Source: Leucoraja ocellata (Eukaryota). Taken from it: a DNA stretch of 64,000 nucleotides. Location: NCBI GenBank assembly GCA_036785375.1, contig JAWMAR010000070.1, positions 4,836,001 through 4,900,000 of the forward strand, in the 5' to 3' direction. Shown here piece after piece: positions 1 through 12,500 of this stretch (its first letter is position 1; each line of letters opens with the position of its first letter). The position numbers were made by a program, and so were the translations under genes. The notes under the pieces are model-generated. The model was not told where the DNA came from and did no database searches. It saw nothing but the letters and a program-made list of their open reading frames with translations.

Positions 1-126
1 GGGATCTGGGGAAAGGGCAGGAACGGGGTACTGATTGGGGATGATCAGCCATGATCACATTGAATGGTGGTGTTGGCTCGAGGGGCCGGATGGCCTACTC
101 CTGCACCTATTGTCTATTGTCTATTG
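1..126 (+). mobile_element. CR1 3'UTR/tail
   Basis: Matches the 3' end of the 17776-20037 element; (ctattgt)n tail. Confidence 0.65.
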
Positions 127-1432
127 AGTTCCACAGATTCATCACCCTCTGACTATAGGTTTATTGAGCAATTCTTTGCAATAATGCATCTGCAACTTAC
201 ATATCAACTGTGCCTTAAAGGTGTGTAAAAGTCTTGAGATTCTTCACAGCACCATGGTCAGGTTGAATTTGGCATCGAATCACATGCTGGTTAGATATAC
301 AGCATGGAAACAGACCCTTCGGCCCACCGAGTCCATGCTGACCATCGATCACCCGTTCACACTAGTCCCACATCCACACACCACGTATGCATGCACTCCC
401 TACACATTGAGTGCAATTCGACAAGAGGGCCAATTAACCTACAGAGCCACACGTCTTTGGGATGTGGGAGGAAGCCGGAGCACCCAGAAGACCCACGCTG
501 TCACAGGGAGAACGTGCAAACTCCTTACTGATAGCGCCGGAGATCAGAATCGAACCGGGGTCTCTGGGGGCGGTTGCAGTTCCACCTACAGCTAACCCAA
601 CCCCACAAATATCACCCAGAACAAGCCTCGCCATCTCCAGTGTAGCAGTGTTACAACACAATGTGAGCAACTCACGTCAAAATAGGTTGAGAAACAGGAA
701 GCCACAAGGAAGTACAGATGCAGTAATATCTGATAGTCTGCTCGGGTAGATTGCAACCCAATGGTGGGAACATTGAATTTTCTAGTTTTAAGTAACTAAC
801 CCACAACAATCCTTTCCACTAACCTCCGTCCCTTTCCACATATATATATCCTTTCTTCCAGCTTCACATTTCATGCCTCTTCTCTCCATATCTCACAGCC
901 TTTTATCTTCTTTCCATCTCTGGCCTTCATCCACCCATCAGCCAATAACCCTCCCTCCCTCACCTGTATCCACCTATCACTTGCCAGGCATCATCCTCCC
1001 CCCACCTCTCTCCCAGCTCTCTCCCCCCTACCACAATCAGCCTGAAGAAGGGTCCCAACCCAAAACGTCACCTATCCATGTTCTCTGGAGATGCTGCCTG
1101 GCCCATTTACTCCAGCATTACATGTCTGTTTTTGAGAAATAGGAAGTTGTGAAGTTGATAAGAAGATTTGAACACCAGTGTAAATATTTTGAAACCAAGT
1201 CATTGGTTCTTCGGGTTAGGGTTGGTATGACTATGCAGGGTGGGTTATCAGGTCTGTGAGGTGTGGAGAACTATGGTCAAGTCCAAATCCACCCACATGT
1301 CACATTGCCAGGGTGAGTGGGGCAGAGCAGGGCGGGGCACTGGCACCGGCGTTAAACTCATAGAGTCATACAGCACAGAAACAGGCCCTTCTTCCCAACT
1401 TGACCATGCTGACCAAACTGCCCACCTGCACT

Positions 1433-1735
1433 AGTTTAGTATAGAGGTACAGCGTGGAAACTGGCCCTTCGGCCCACCGAGTCCACACCAAACAGCAATC
1501 CCCACACATTAACACTATCCTACACGCACTAGGGACTATTTACACTTATTCCAAGCCAACTAACCTACAAACCTATACGTTTTTAGAGTGTGGAAGGAAA
1601 CTGAAGATCTCGGAGAAAACCCAGGCGGTCACGTGGAGAACGTACAAACTCCATACAGACAGCACCCGTAGTCGGGATCAAACCCGACTGTAAGCGCTGT
1701 AAGTCAGCAGCTCTACCACTGTTCCACCATGCCGC
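1433..1735 (-). repeat. tRNA-derived SINE, reverse orientation (others near 290-565, 13868-14135, 15828-16098, 23480-23775, 33165-33575 and their paralogs)
   Basis: Reverse complement of the same SINE family. Confidence 0.7.
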
Positions 1736-2129
1736 ACTAGTCCACTAGTCCCACTTGCCCCCGTTTGACCCATCTCCTCTTATATCGGTAAAGATCCAGT
1801 TTTTACCCTCAGTCCCGAGGTAGTGTCTCGGCCGGAATACAAACATACACTTTTTGTCTCCACAGATGCTGCTTGACCCGTTGAGTTTTTCAGGTGTTCT
1901 GCCTATTGTTCCAGATTCTAGTATATGCAATCTCCTTTATCTTCTCCCCTCACACAACCCTAATCCTACCTCAACAATATTATCTCACAGAAGCTGATGG
2001 GTACATGGAAGGAACATGTCCAGAGGAGCTAGTGGAGACTGGTACTAGTAACAACATTGAAAAGCATTAGGACAAGGTACGTGGATAGGAAAGGTTTGTA
2101 GGGACAGGGGTCAAATGCAGGCCTGGTTT

Positions 2130-2432
2130 TTACGGTGGCACAGCAGTAGAGTTGCTGCCTTACATTGTATAACAGCACCAGATACCCGGGTTCAATCCTG
2201 GCTACAGGTGCTCGTCTGTACATAGTCTGTACTTTCTCCTAGTGACCTGCGTGGGTTTTCGCCGAGAACTTCAGTTTCCTCCCACACTCCAAAGACGTAC
2301 AGGTTTGTAGGTTAATTGGGTTGGTGTAAATGTAAACATTTGTGTTGCTGTGCAGGGATCACTGGACGGTGCGGACACGGTGGGCCGGAGGGTTTGTTTC
2401 CCCACTGTATCTCTAAACTAAACTAAACTAAA
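2130..2432 (+). repeat. tRNA-derived SINE (copies near 38828-39123 and 56043-56337)
   Basis: A/B boxes and (ctaaa)n tail. Confidence 0.75.
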
Positions 2433-3314
2433 GAGGGACCAGCGTACATGGGACATCTTGATCAGCATTGGGCAAGCTGTTTCCCTGCTGTATCACTCTA
2501 TGATTTTATGAATCACATCCTCAAACTCAGCTTTACCCAGTCTCCGATGCTCAAGTATTTGAATTGTCTTTCAAGGAGTTTATCTGGTGACGTGAGTTGA
2601 CATCAGTTCGCATTTGACAATAGACAACAGACAATAGGTGCAGGGAGTAGGCCATTCGGCCCTTCGAGCCAGCATCACAATTCAATGTGATCATGGCTGA
2701 TCATCCATAATCCCCGTTCCTGCCGTCTCCCCATATCCCCTGACTCCGCTATCTTTAAGAGCCCTATCTAGCTCTCTCTTGAAAGTGTCCAGAGAACCGG
2801 CATCCACCGCTCTCCGAGGCAGAGAATTCCACAGACTCACAACTCACTGGGTGATGAAGTCTTTCCTCATCTCCGTACCGTTGGTGTCTTTTTTCTCCTG
2901 GGTAACGTTTCAACAGATGAGAAGCTGAGGAAGGCTGGACAAATTAGTGACGTGCATTTTGTGGTGGGTAAACAGATCACAAGCTCGCACGTTCCAGGAG
3001 TAGAATTTGGCCATTCGGCCCATCCAGTCTACTCTGCCATTCAAACATGGCTGATCTCTGCCTCCTAATCCCATACAAGTTCAGACACAGTGTGCCCGCA
3101 TTTGGGGGAGGGGTTGAGGGGGTGGGCAAGGGAATGTTTGCGGTGGTGGACAGAGTTCCAGTCAAGCGGGCAAATGTCACCAGGATGAAGCAGAGCTTCG
3201 AGGAGATGCTCCAATCCAGGCAACTGGAGAGTGTTGTAGCCCACTCCTGATAGGGGCATTGTCCGTGGTGAGGAGGCTGGGGGAGGTGGTAAGTGAGTCA
3301 CCAGGTTAGTCTTG

Positions 3315-3385
3315 AACCACTGCAAAGTCGTTTCCTGTGTAAACGGAAATTGACTGTTTGACTTCAGTTGTGAATGAGGAAGAGG
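3315..3385 (+). promoter_or_regulatory. Candidate TATA-less leukocyte promoter with ETS/PU.1-like GGAA cores (TTTCCTG 3331, CGGAAAT 3344, GAGGAAG 3376) and RUNX-like AACCAC
   Basis: Motif cluster 50-120 nt upstream of the ATG; the latter two GGAA cores are kept in all four genes. Motif match only. Confidence 0.35.
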
Positions 3386-3434
3386 ACAACTCAAACGCAG
3401 TGCAGGGACCAAACCGATCCAACGTAGCCGAGAC

Positions 3435-3531
3435 ATGGCGGTGGGACAGGGAGAATTCACCCACCAGAGACGGCCCAGATCCAGGGGAACAGTCGCTCTG
3501 TTGGTTCTTGTCGCTGTTGGTCTCACACCAG
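3435..3531 (+). CDS. Gene A leader exon MAVGQGEFTHQRRPRSRGTVALLVLVAVGLTP(G)
   Basis: ATG in acATGg context; basic n-region then hydrophobic h-region; phase-1 donor CAG|gtaaat. It joins the V exon start GSRG, which completes the signal peptide. Confidence 0.85.
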
Positions 3532-6500
3532 GTAAATCGTTGTTTTACAAAATGCTCTGTTCTGAGGAATTATTTACCAACGCCTTGAATTATTTGTAAC
3601 CACAGACCTCTCTGTACTGTGTGGGGAGCTGATGATCAATTGCTCAACACTCGTTAGTTCCTGTAGAGACTTCCATCAGCGGTTGTTGTCGTGTTGTGTG
3701 CAGCCAAGTCGCACACAGCTAGCTCCCTGTGGAGAAGGGAGATAACTATCTACAGCTTGCCTTGCCTTGTGGACCTCATTGAAACTTACTGAATAGTGAA
3801 AGGCCTGGATAGAGTGGATGGGGTGAAGATGTTTACACTAGTGGGAGAGTCTAGGACCAGAGGTCGCAGCCTCAGAATTAAAGGGTGTTGCTTTAGGAAG
3901 GAGATGTGGAGGAATTTTGTGAGACAGAAACTGTGGAATTCATTGCCACAGACTGTGGAGGCCATCAATAGGTATTTCTAAGGCCGAGATGGATAGATTC
4001 TTGATCAGTACTGGTGTCAGGAGTCCTGGGGAAAAGGTAGGAGGATTTAGTTGAGAGGGAAAGATAGATCAGCCATAATTGAATGGAGGAGAGTAGACTT
4101 GATGGGCCAAATGGCCTAATTCTGCTCCTAGTACTAATGAACTTATGATCTGTTCTTCAGAATTATTTGCCAGCACCTTGAATTATTTTGAGCCACAGAG
4201 CAGACTACTGGGCTACGAACTGCTAAAGATAAAATGCTTGCAGACTTGTTCTTCCCTGCACTAATGACTGTTGTGATGCTGTGTGCTCAGTGACTTGGCA
4301 GCAGATCAGCTAAATGCATTACCCCTTCCATATCGCTTGACTTCCTCCCTCCCTGACTGTGGGTCTGAAGAAAGATCTTGACCCGAAACGTCAGCCATTC
4401 CTTCTCTCCAGAGATGCCCCCTGACCCGCTGCGTTACTCCAGCATTTAGTGTCTATCAAAGGCACACGGCACTCCCTCCACGCACTGCAATGGGAAATGT
4501 TGAACCTAAACCTTAGCACATTCAAAGAAAAAACCTGTGGAAGCCAGCCATTGGGAACAGGCGTCATCTCAAATGAGGAAGCACCAGAGTGAATTTAGCA
4601 TTTGGAGAAGTTGCGGTAATCTCTCCCTTCTGAGAAAAACCAGCTGCCTTACAACAGACTCTGCTGCTCGAGCTGTTCTACACACTTTGCTTTCCCCAGC
4701 CTCTGAGTTCTCGTTCAAAGCATTTGTCTTGTGGCTTGTGAGCTGACCTGGACTGATGTGATGATGTGTCTCCACCCCAGCTCCTGAATCTGCAGAGTTT
4801 CACATGTGTTAGAGTCATAGAGTGATACAGTGTGGAAACAGGCCCTTCGGCCCAACTTGCCCACACCGGCCAACATGTCTCAGCAACACTAGTCCCACCT
4901 GTCCATGTTTGGTCCAAGTCCTTTCAAATCTGTCCTATCCATGTATCCAGAGGGTCCCACCCTCTCCGGAGACTAAGAAAAGCAGGTCTCCCTACTGTTC
5001 ACCTAAGGTCCTTCTACAGGGGCACCATCGAGAGTATACTGACCCACGGCATCGCTTCCTGGTTTGGGAGCTGCAAGGCTTATGAAGAAAAACAACTTAA
5101 CAGGATCGTGAAGACAGCCAGTAGGATCATTGGTGCTCCACTCCCTTTCCTGTTGGAGATCTATCAGAAGCGTAACATCAGCAGAGCCATCTCCATTATA
5201 AAGGACCCCTATCATCCATCACACCACATCTCACTCACTCCCAATTGGGCCCCGCGAGTAAGGGGGCCCCGTGCAGTGTAATCTACTCTCGGCTCAGGTA
5301 GATCTACCCCGGGTGGAGAGAGAGTAGAGGGGTGGAGGGGGAAGAAGGGGGTAGACGGGGAGGGGGGTGTGAGGGGGAATGGAGAAGGGGGAGAGGGGAA
5401 GGTGGGTCGTTCGCTCACGGCAGCGCTCCTGCCCCTCCAGTCGCCGTGCTTCACGCACACAGCCCTGGCTCCACCCCTCTCTCTCCCCGGGGAGAGGCGG
5501 TGAACAATACACGGAGGGCTGGGCCGGGGGTTGGGGCATCGTATATAAACATCGGCCTCAACTCACACCCGTCTGCCCGGACCCCGGCATCCCTCTCCCT
5601 CCCTTCTCTCCTTCCCTCCCTCCTTCCGCTCTTTTCCTTTCTCTCATTCGCTCCATCCCTTCTTTCTCTACTTCCCTCCCTCCCTCCCACACACACACAC
5701 ACATAACGCACAGACAACTAACACACACAACTAAGTTAAGATGGGGTAGAAACCTTTTCACCCAGAGTTGTGAATTTGTAGAATTCTCTACCACAGAGGG
5801 CAGTGGAGGCCAATTCACTGGATGTATTCAAGAGAGAGTTAGATTTAGCTCTTAGGGCTAATGGAATCATGGGATAACGGGAGCAAGCAGAACTGGGCAG
5901 TGCCGGCTCGAAGGGCCGAATTGTCTCCTCCTGCGCCTATTTTCTATGTTTATATGTTTCTATGAATCGTCACCTATCCACTTTCTCCAGAGATAGTTCC
6001 TGTCCAGTTTAAGGTTGTGACCTCAATAACGGGTAGGCCATTGAGGACTCAGATGAGGAAATATCTTTTCACCCAGAGAGTTCCTCTTTCTCCAGAGATA
6101 GTTCCTGTCCCGTTGTGTTACTCCGGCACTTTGTGTCCTTTTGTACATTAACCAGCATCTGCAGTTCCTTGTTTCTACTAGTTCAATGGGGAAGTGGGTT
6201 GTAGTGAGATTGAACACAGGGTGGGTCAGAGTGAGTGACAGGTTGGCTTCCTGTCACATGACCACCACTCAGGTCAAGCCACACCCACATGGAAGGAGGA
6301 TCTGGGCGCCAGGTAGATTCAGAAGCAGTGTTCAAGAAGGAACTGCAGATGCTGGAAGATAGATATCGCAGTGGAGTAGACAAAGTGTTCAAGAAGGAAC
6401 TCAGTTCTGCTTTCACTGGAACTTGGGGAACAATCCCGGTGAAATGGGAATTAACACCAGCGGGAAAAGCATTAAAGTGCAACAGGATCTATGCAGAAGA

Positions 6501-9500
6501 AGAGAGACACAAAATGCTGGAGTAACTCAGCGGGACGGGCAGCATCTCTGGGGAGAAGGAAATGGGCGAGGAAACATCACCCGTCGGTTTCTCCAGAGAT
6601 GCTGCCTGTCCCGCTGAGTTACTCCGGCTCTTTGTGTCTATCTTTGGTGTAAACCAGCACCTGCAGTTCCTTGCTACACATGATCTATGCGAAACCATGA
6701 ACCTGTCTGAACAGCACAAATGACATGTTTTTTATTGTTAAACCTCAGCTTGTGTTACTGCAGTGTGAGTGATCTTTCATCATTAATGTGCCCACAGGGT
6801 CAAGGGGAATAACTGAACCCGAGGAGGTGAGGGGAGAGTTGGGGCAGTCGGTCACAGTGGAATGTCAGTATGATCGGAAATACAAAGACAACGACAAGCT
6901 ATGGAGTAAAGGTGATTATTTCGTTCCATCTTCTACCGTGGTTTCTACTGATCACCCACAACAAGGGAGAACATCGATGACTGATGACAAATCACAACGG
7001 ATAGTTTCAGTCACCATCGACAACCTGGAGAAGAGTGATGAAGGACTCTACTGGTGTGTGATAGTAAAGGGAAATCATTTGCCCATTGTATCGACCTCCA
7101 TCTCATTGAAGGTTTCTGAAGGTAAGTTGCCGATCTCTCCTCACTCTCCCAGATGTGAAAATTCCAGCCTGTGAATTCCCGGCCTCGGTCCTGACGGTGA
7201 CTCGGTGCCACATCCCCGGGGGTCGCGGTAAGGGGGTTGGGTGGATAACTCACTTACTGGGGTCCTGGCCCGTGGGGCCACACCAAGAGCTCACTGTCCC
7301 AGGAGCAATATGGGGGGGGGGGGGGGGACTGTCAGACACCAGCCCCACGGAAGGTCCCATCTACCGGCGGTTCTGTTGCTGACGGCTCATTTCCACGAAG
7401 ACGATCGCTCCGGGACCAGAACCTCTGCCGCCCCCTCACTGGGGCAGGTGGTGGGAAACCCGGGTGGAGATAGGAGTCAATGGGGGAGGGGGCAGGTTAG
7501 TAGAAGATACTTAAAATTAGAGAACCAACGTTCAAACCGTTGGGTTGTAAACTACCTGAGCCCAATATGAGGTGCGGTTCCTCCAATTTGCATGTGGCCT
7601 CACTCTGGCAATGGAGGAGGCCCAGGACAGAAAGGTCAGTGTGGGAATGGGAAGGGACATGGACAGGGTTGGCAACCGGGAGATCAAGAATGGTCCCGAC
7701 CCGAAAAGGACACCTATCCATTTTCTCCAGAGATTCCGCCTGATCCGCCGAGTTACTCCAGCACTTTGTGTCTATCTTTGGTGTAAACCAGCACCTGCAG
7801 TTCCTTTCTACACATGATCTATGCGAAACCATGAACCTGTCTGAACAGCACAAATGACATGTTTTTTATTGTTAAACCTCAGCTTGTGTTACTGCAGTGT
7901 GAGTGATCTTTCATCATTAATGTGTCCACAGGGTCAAGGGGAATAACTGGACCCAAGGAGGTGAGGGGAGAGTTGGGGCAGTCGGTCACTGTGGAATGTC
8001 CGTATGGTCAGGAATACATTGACAACAAGAAGCAATGGAGGAAAGGTTATTATTACACACTATCTGATACCGTGGTTTCTACTGATGACCCACCACAAGG
8101 GAGAACATCGATGACTGATGACAAAACACAACGGATAGTTTCAGTAACCATCGACAACCTGGAGAAGAGTGATGAAGGATACTACTGGTGTGTCATAGTA
8201 CGATGGAACTTCAGTGAAAAGACCTCCATCTTATTGACGGTTTCTGAAGGTACGTTGACGATCTCTCCTCACTCTCCCAGAGGTGAACATTCCAGCCTGG
8301 GAATTCCCGGCCTCGGTCGTGAGGGTGACTCGGTGCCTCATCCCCGGCGGTCGTGGGGGGGGGGGGGGAGCTCATCAATGGGGACCGGCGGTCCTGCTGC
8401 TGGCGGCTCATTTCCCCAAACACGATCGCTCCAGGACCAGAACACATGGTGCCCCCTCACTGAGACGGGGGGGGGGGGGGGGAGAGATCTGCCCCCTCAC
8501 CCTCTCCCCCTGCCCGTCACTGTCACACCCACCACGCACACAACATCTGAAGAAGGGTCCCAACCTTAAACATCATCTATTCATTCCTTCCACGGATGCT
8601 GCCTGACCTGCTGAGTTACTCCAGCACTTTGTGTTTTGCTCAAGATTCCAGCACCTGCAATTCCTTGTGTCTCACAAACTTTGGTGAATCATGAGCTCAG
8701 TTTATTGTTGGCGTCTGTACTGAGGTACAGGGAAAAGCTTTTACCATGTTTCCAATGAGGGCCAAGTCATTGTGTATTTTCAGGTGGAGATTGACCGGTT
8801 CTCAATTAGTACGGGTGTCAAGCGATATGGGGAGAAGGCAGGAGAATGGGGTTAAGAGGGAGAGATAGATCAGCCATGATTGAAAGGCGGAATAGACTCA
8901 ATGGGCCAAATGGCCTCAATCTGCCCCTATCACTTATGAACTAATGAACTAAGAATCCTCATGAGATGAGTGATATAGACTTTACACTGAGTCACACAAA
9001 CTGTACAAGATGAGATACTCAACGGGTCGGGCAGCTTCTGTGGAGAGAGAACGAGAGTTAATGTTTCAGGTAGATACCTCCAACCAAATTGCATTATTTC
9101 CAATTCAGTCCGCGTAATGAAAATAGTCCATGGATCCTCCCGCTCCCAAGTTCTTCTCCAATGTAGAAGACATGTGCCTAACTCTAGCAGCAGGCAGATA
9201 ACACAGCCTGTGGGACTCTGAAGGGCATGAAAGAAGTCTCTGAATGCTTGCGACAATCTGGTGGCATCTTAATGGGTGAGCCTCCGGTCTAGATCAAGAG
9301 GCTTCGTCCATCTATGGTGGCCTCAGAAGGATCTTTGCTCAAATGTATGGATTGGGATTTGAACCCAGGAATCTCCCCACACAGAGCAAGAGCACTCCCG
9401 ACTGAGGCATCTCCCACACATCACTAAAGTGGCACAGAACGTGATTTCAGACATTTTTTTATTTATTTTATTTTATTTTTTTAATTTTTATTAGCAGTAC

Positions 9501-12500
9501 AGTAAATCACATTAATACATCGCATATATCTTATTACATTATGTTGTACCACTTCATTTTTTGAGCTTTAAAAAAGAAAGAAATAAAATAAATAAGAAAA
9601 GTAAGCAAGAATCGTGAAGGTGCAGGAAAGTGTTGGGAGAAAAGAACCCCTTAGGGAAGGAATTAGAGAAGGAAGCAAAGAAAATAAATAAGACCCTAGA
9701 ATGAAAAGAAAAAAAGGAAAAAAGGAAAGTCAGTCGCTCTATTGTAACACAAAACTCCGCAAAAAAGGATATACCAACCATGTTTTTATTAAAAATTTCT
9801 TTTATACCCCCCATTACCAGGTCCTGGTAGCCTTTATATTTTAATTTATTATTGCACCTTAGCTTGTAATAGTTCCATAAATGCAGACCACGTCTTTTGG
9901 AAGTGATCTGCTATACCTGCTAGGAGGAGACTCATCTCTTCCAAGTGTAATGTTTCGAACATGTTTGAAATCCACATTTTTGTTGTTGGTATTGGAGCAT
10001 TTTTCCAAAATTTAAGTATAAGCTTTTTTCCGATTATTAGCCCATAATTAAGTAAGTTATTTTGAAACATATTTAATTCTGGGTTACCTTCCGATATTCC
10101 AAAAATGATCAATTCTACTCTAGGTAGAAGTTTTGTTTTAAATAATTTTGTAAAGATTTCAAATATTTAGTTCCAGAATTTTTGAATTTTTATACAGAAA
10201 ACAAAAGAGTGCGCTATGTTAGCTTCTTGTACCTGACATTTATCACAAATGGGTGAGACATTGGGGAAGAGTTTATTTATTTTAGTTTTTTAATAATATA
10301 GTCTGTGTAATGTTTTATATTGGATTAGAGTATGTCGTACGTTGATCGAGCATTTATGCACATATAATAAGTGTTTATCCCAGCTCTCTTTTGAAATTTT
10401 TATAGCTAATTCTTGTTCCCAATCTCTTCTAATATTATCTGTTGTAGGTATTTCTATATTCAATATAATATTATATAAGTATGATATTAGATTTGCTGAT
10501 TCAGCCTTTATCTTCATGGCTTCATCTAATAAGTCTGGGGGCATATTATAATAGTCTTTTGTACATTTTTTCAGATAATTACGGATTTGAAGATATTTAA
10601 AATATTGATTATTTTTCAAGTTATATTTCAGTTGTAATTGTTGAAATGGTAATAATTTCCCTAATTTATACAGGTCTCCGAGCGTTTTGATTCCCGTTCT
10701 TTCCCATTGTGTAAATGATTTATCTATAATTGAGGGTTTAAACGAAGGGTTATTGGCTATTGGCATTAGCAGAGATAGATTTCTTAATTTTAAGTTCTGT
10801 TTTATTTGTTTCCAAGTTCTAATTGTATTATGTACTATTGGATTTTTATTATAATATTTGTTATTCAAATTCGTTGGTGAGAGGAGAGTCGCGCCTGTAT
10901 TACCAGGAGCGCAGTCCTCTCTCTCCATTATAATCCAGTCCACCTGCTGGGCAGAGTTGTCCAGCAGGTGAATCATATTTTTAATATTTACCGCCCAATT
11001 ATAGTACATAAAGTTAGGGAGCGCTAGACCACCCATCTCTTTTGGTTTACTGAGGTGTGCTCTTTGTATTCTGTGGGATTTATAATCCCATATAAAGTTT
11101 GTGATGTCTGAGTCTAATTTTTTGAAAAAAAATGTTGGAAGATATATTGGAATTGATTGAAATAAATATAGGATTTGTGGTAAAAAAAATCATTTTTATA
11201 GCATTTATTCGACCTATTAAAGACATAGGCAGCGTTTTCCAGAATTTAATTAGATTGTTTAATTTCTTAAGTAAGGGGCTATAATTAGCATTAAACATAC
11301 CGTGGTAATTTCTAGTGATTTCAATTCCTAAATATTTAAATTTTTCTGTAGCTATTTTAAAGGGGAATTTCAAAAGATGTGTTGAGTCTTTCGGTTTTAT
11401 TGACATAATTTCACTTTTGTTCCAGTTTATTCTGTATCCTGAGAAAGATCCGAAATCCTCGATTAGCTTTAATATGTTTGGTATACTGATTTGGGGTTTT
11501 GTGATATATAGTAATACATCGTCTGCATATAAGGATATTTTGTTATTTGAATGTTTTGTATTATACCCATAGATGTCAGGATGTGTTCTAATATTTTCAG
11601 CTAAGGGTTCAATTACTAGAGCGAATAGTAGCAGTGATAATGAACACCCTTATCTATTGCCCTTTGTTAATTGAAATTTCGTAGATACTATATATTATTA
11701 GTTAATATTCTAGCCGTGGGTTTGTTATATAATAATTTTATCCATGCGATAAAGCTCTCTCCCATTTGAAATTTTTGCAATACTTTAAACATATAATCCC
11801 ATTCTACTTGATCAAACGCTTTTTCTGCGTCCAATGAAATGATAGATAACTCTTGTTCTTGAGATTTGTGAGAGTGCATTATGTTAAGCAGACGTCTCAG
11901 GTTATTAAATGAGTGTCTCTTAGGTATAAATCCCGTCTGATCCTTATTTATTAATTTACTGACATATTGACTTAATCTTCTAGCTAGTATTTTCACTAAT
12001 ATTTTTTGATCAGTATTTAACAATGCAATAGCTCTGTATGATCCTGGTTCTTCTATATCTTTATCTTTTTTAAGTATTAGTGTGATCGTTGATTCTGCTA
12101 GTGTTTCAGGTAAGATTTGTTCTTTAAAAGCAAATGTATACATTTTCTGTAGACGTGGGGTCACTGTATCGTAAAAACATTTATAAAATTCATTACTGAA
12201 TCCGTCTGGTCCTGGTGTTTTTCCATTATTAAGTGTGTTTATTGTGTCTTCTATTTCCTTAGCTGTAATTTGTGCTCCCAGTTCCTCTTGTTCTTTCAAT
12301 TCTAATTTTGGGAGGTTACAATCGGTCAAAAATTCTGAAGCTTTGTTATTGTCTATTAGCGTTTTCGATGTATATAAGTTCTTATAATATTGAGCAAATC
12401 TTTTATTGATATCCTTAGGTGGTGTTAATAATTCCCCTCTATCTGATTTAATCTTCAAAATTGTATGATCTTTTTCCCGTTTTTTCAATTGGCGTGCCAA

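Noticed and set aside
5212-5855. Overlapping 80-160 aa ORFs in GC-rich/low-complexity stretches (also 16148-16613 and paralogs)
   Set aside because: They come from purine/pyrimidine-biased repeat sequence, the frames shift between paralogs, and no domain motifs are visible.
6798-8249. Rearranging Ig/TCR/IgNAR V segments
   Set aside because: Each exon encodes a complete V domain through the G strand and ends in a splice donor. I saw no heptamer-spacer-nonamer RSS and no D, J or C exons. Isolated CACAGTG matches (e.g. about 3087, and inside V1) lack a nonamer.
6788-8569. ORF-track starts and C-terminal extensions of V ORFs (MPT..., GTLTISPHSPR...) as secreted single-exon proteins
   Set aside because: The starts are intronic GTG codons before the acceptor and the extensions are read-through past strong donors; there is no signal peptide without the leader exon.
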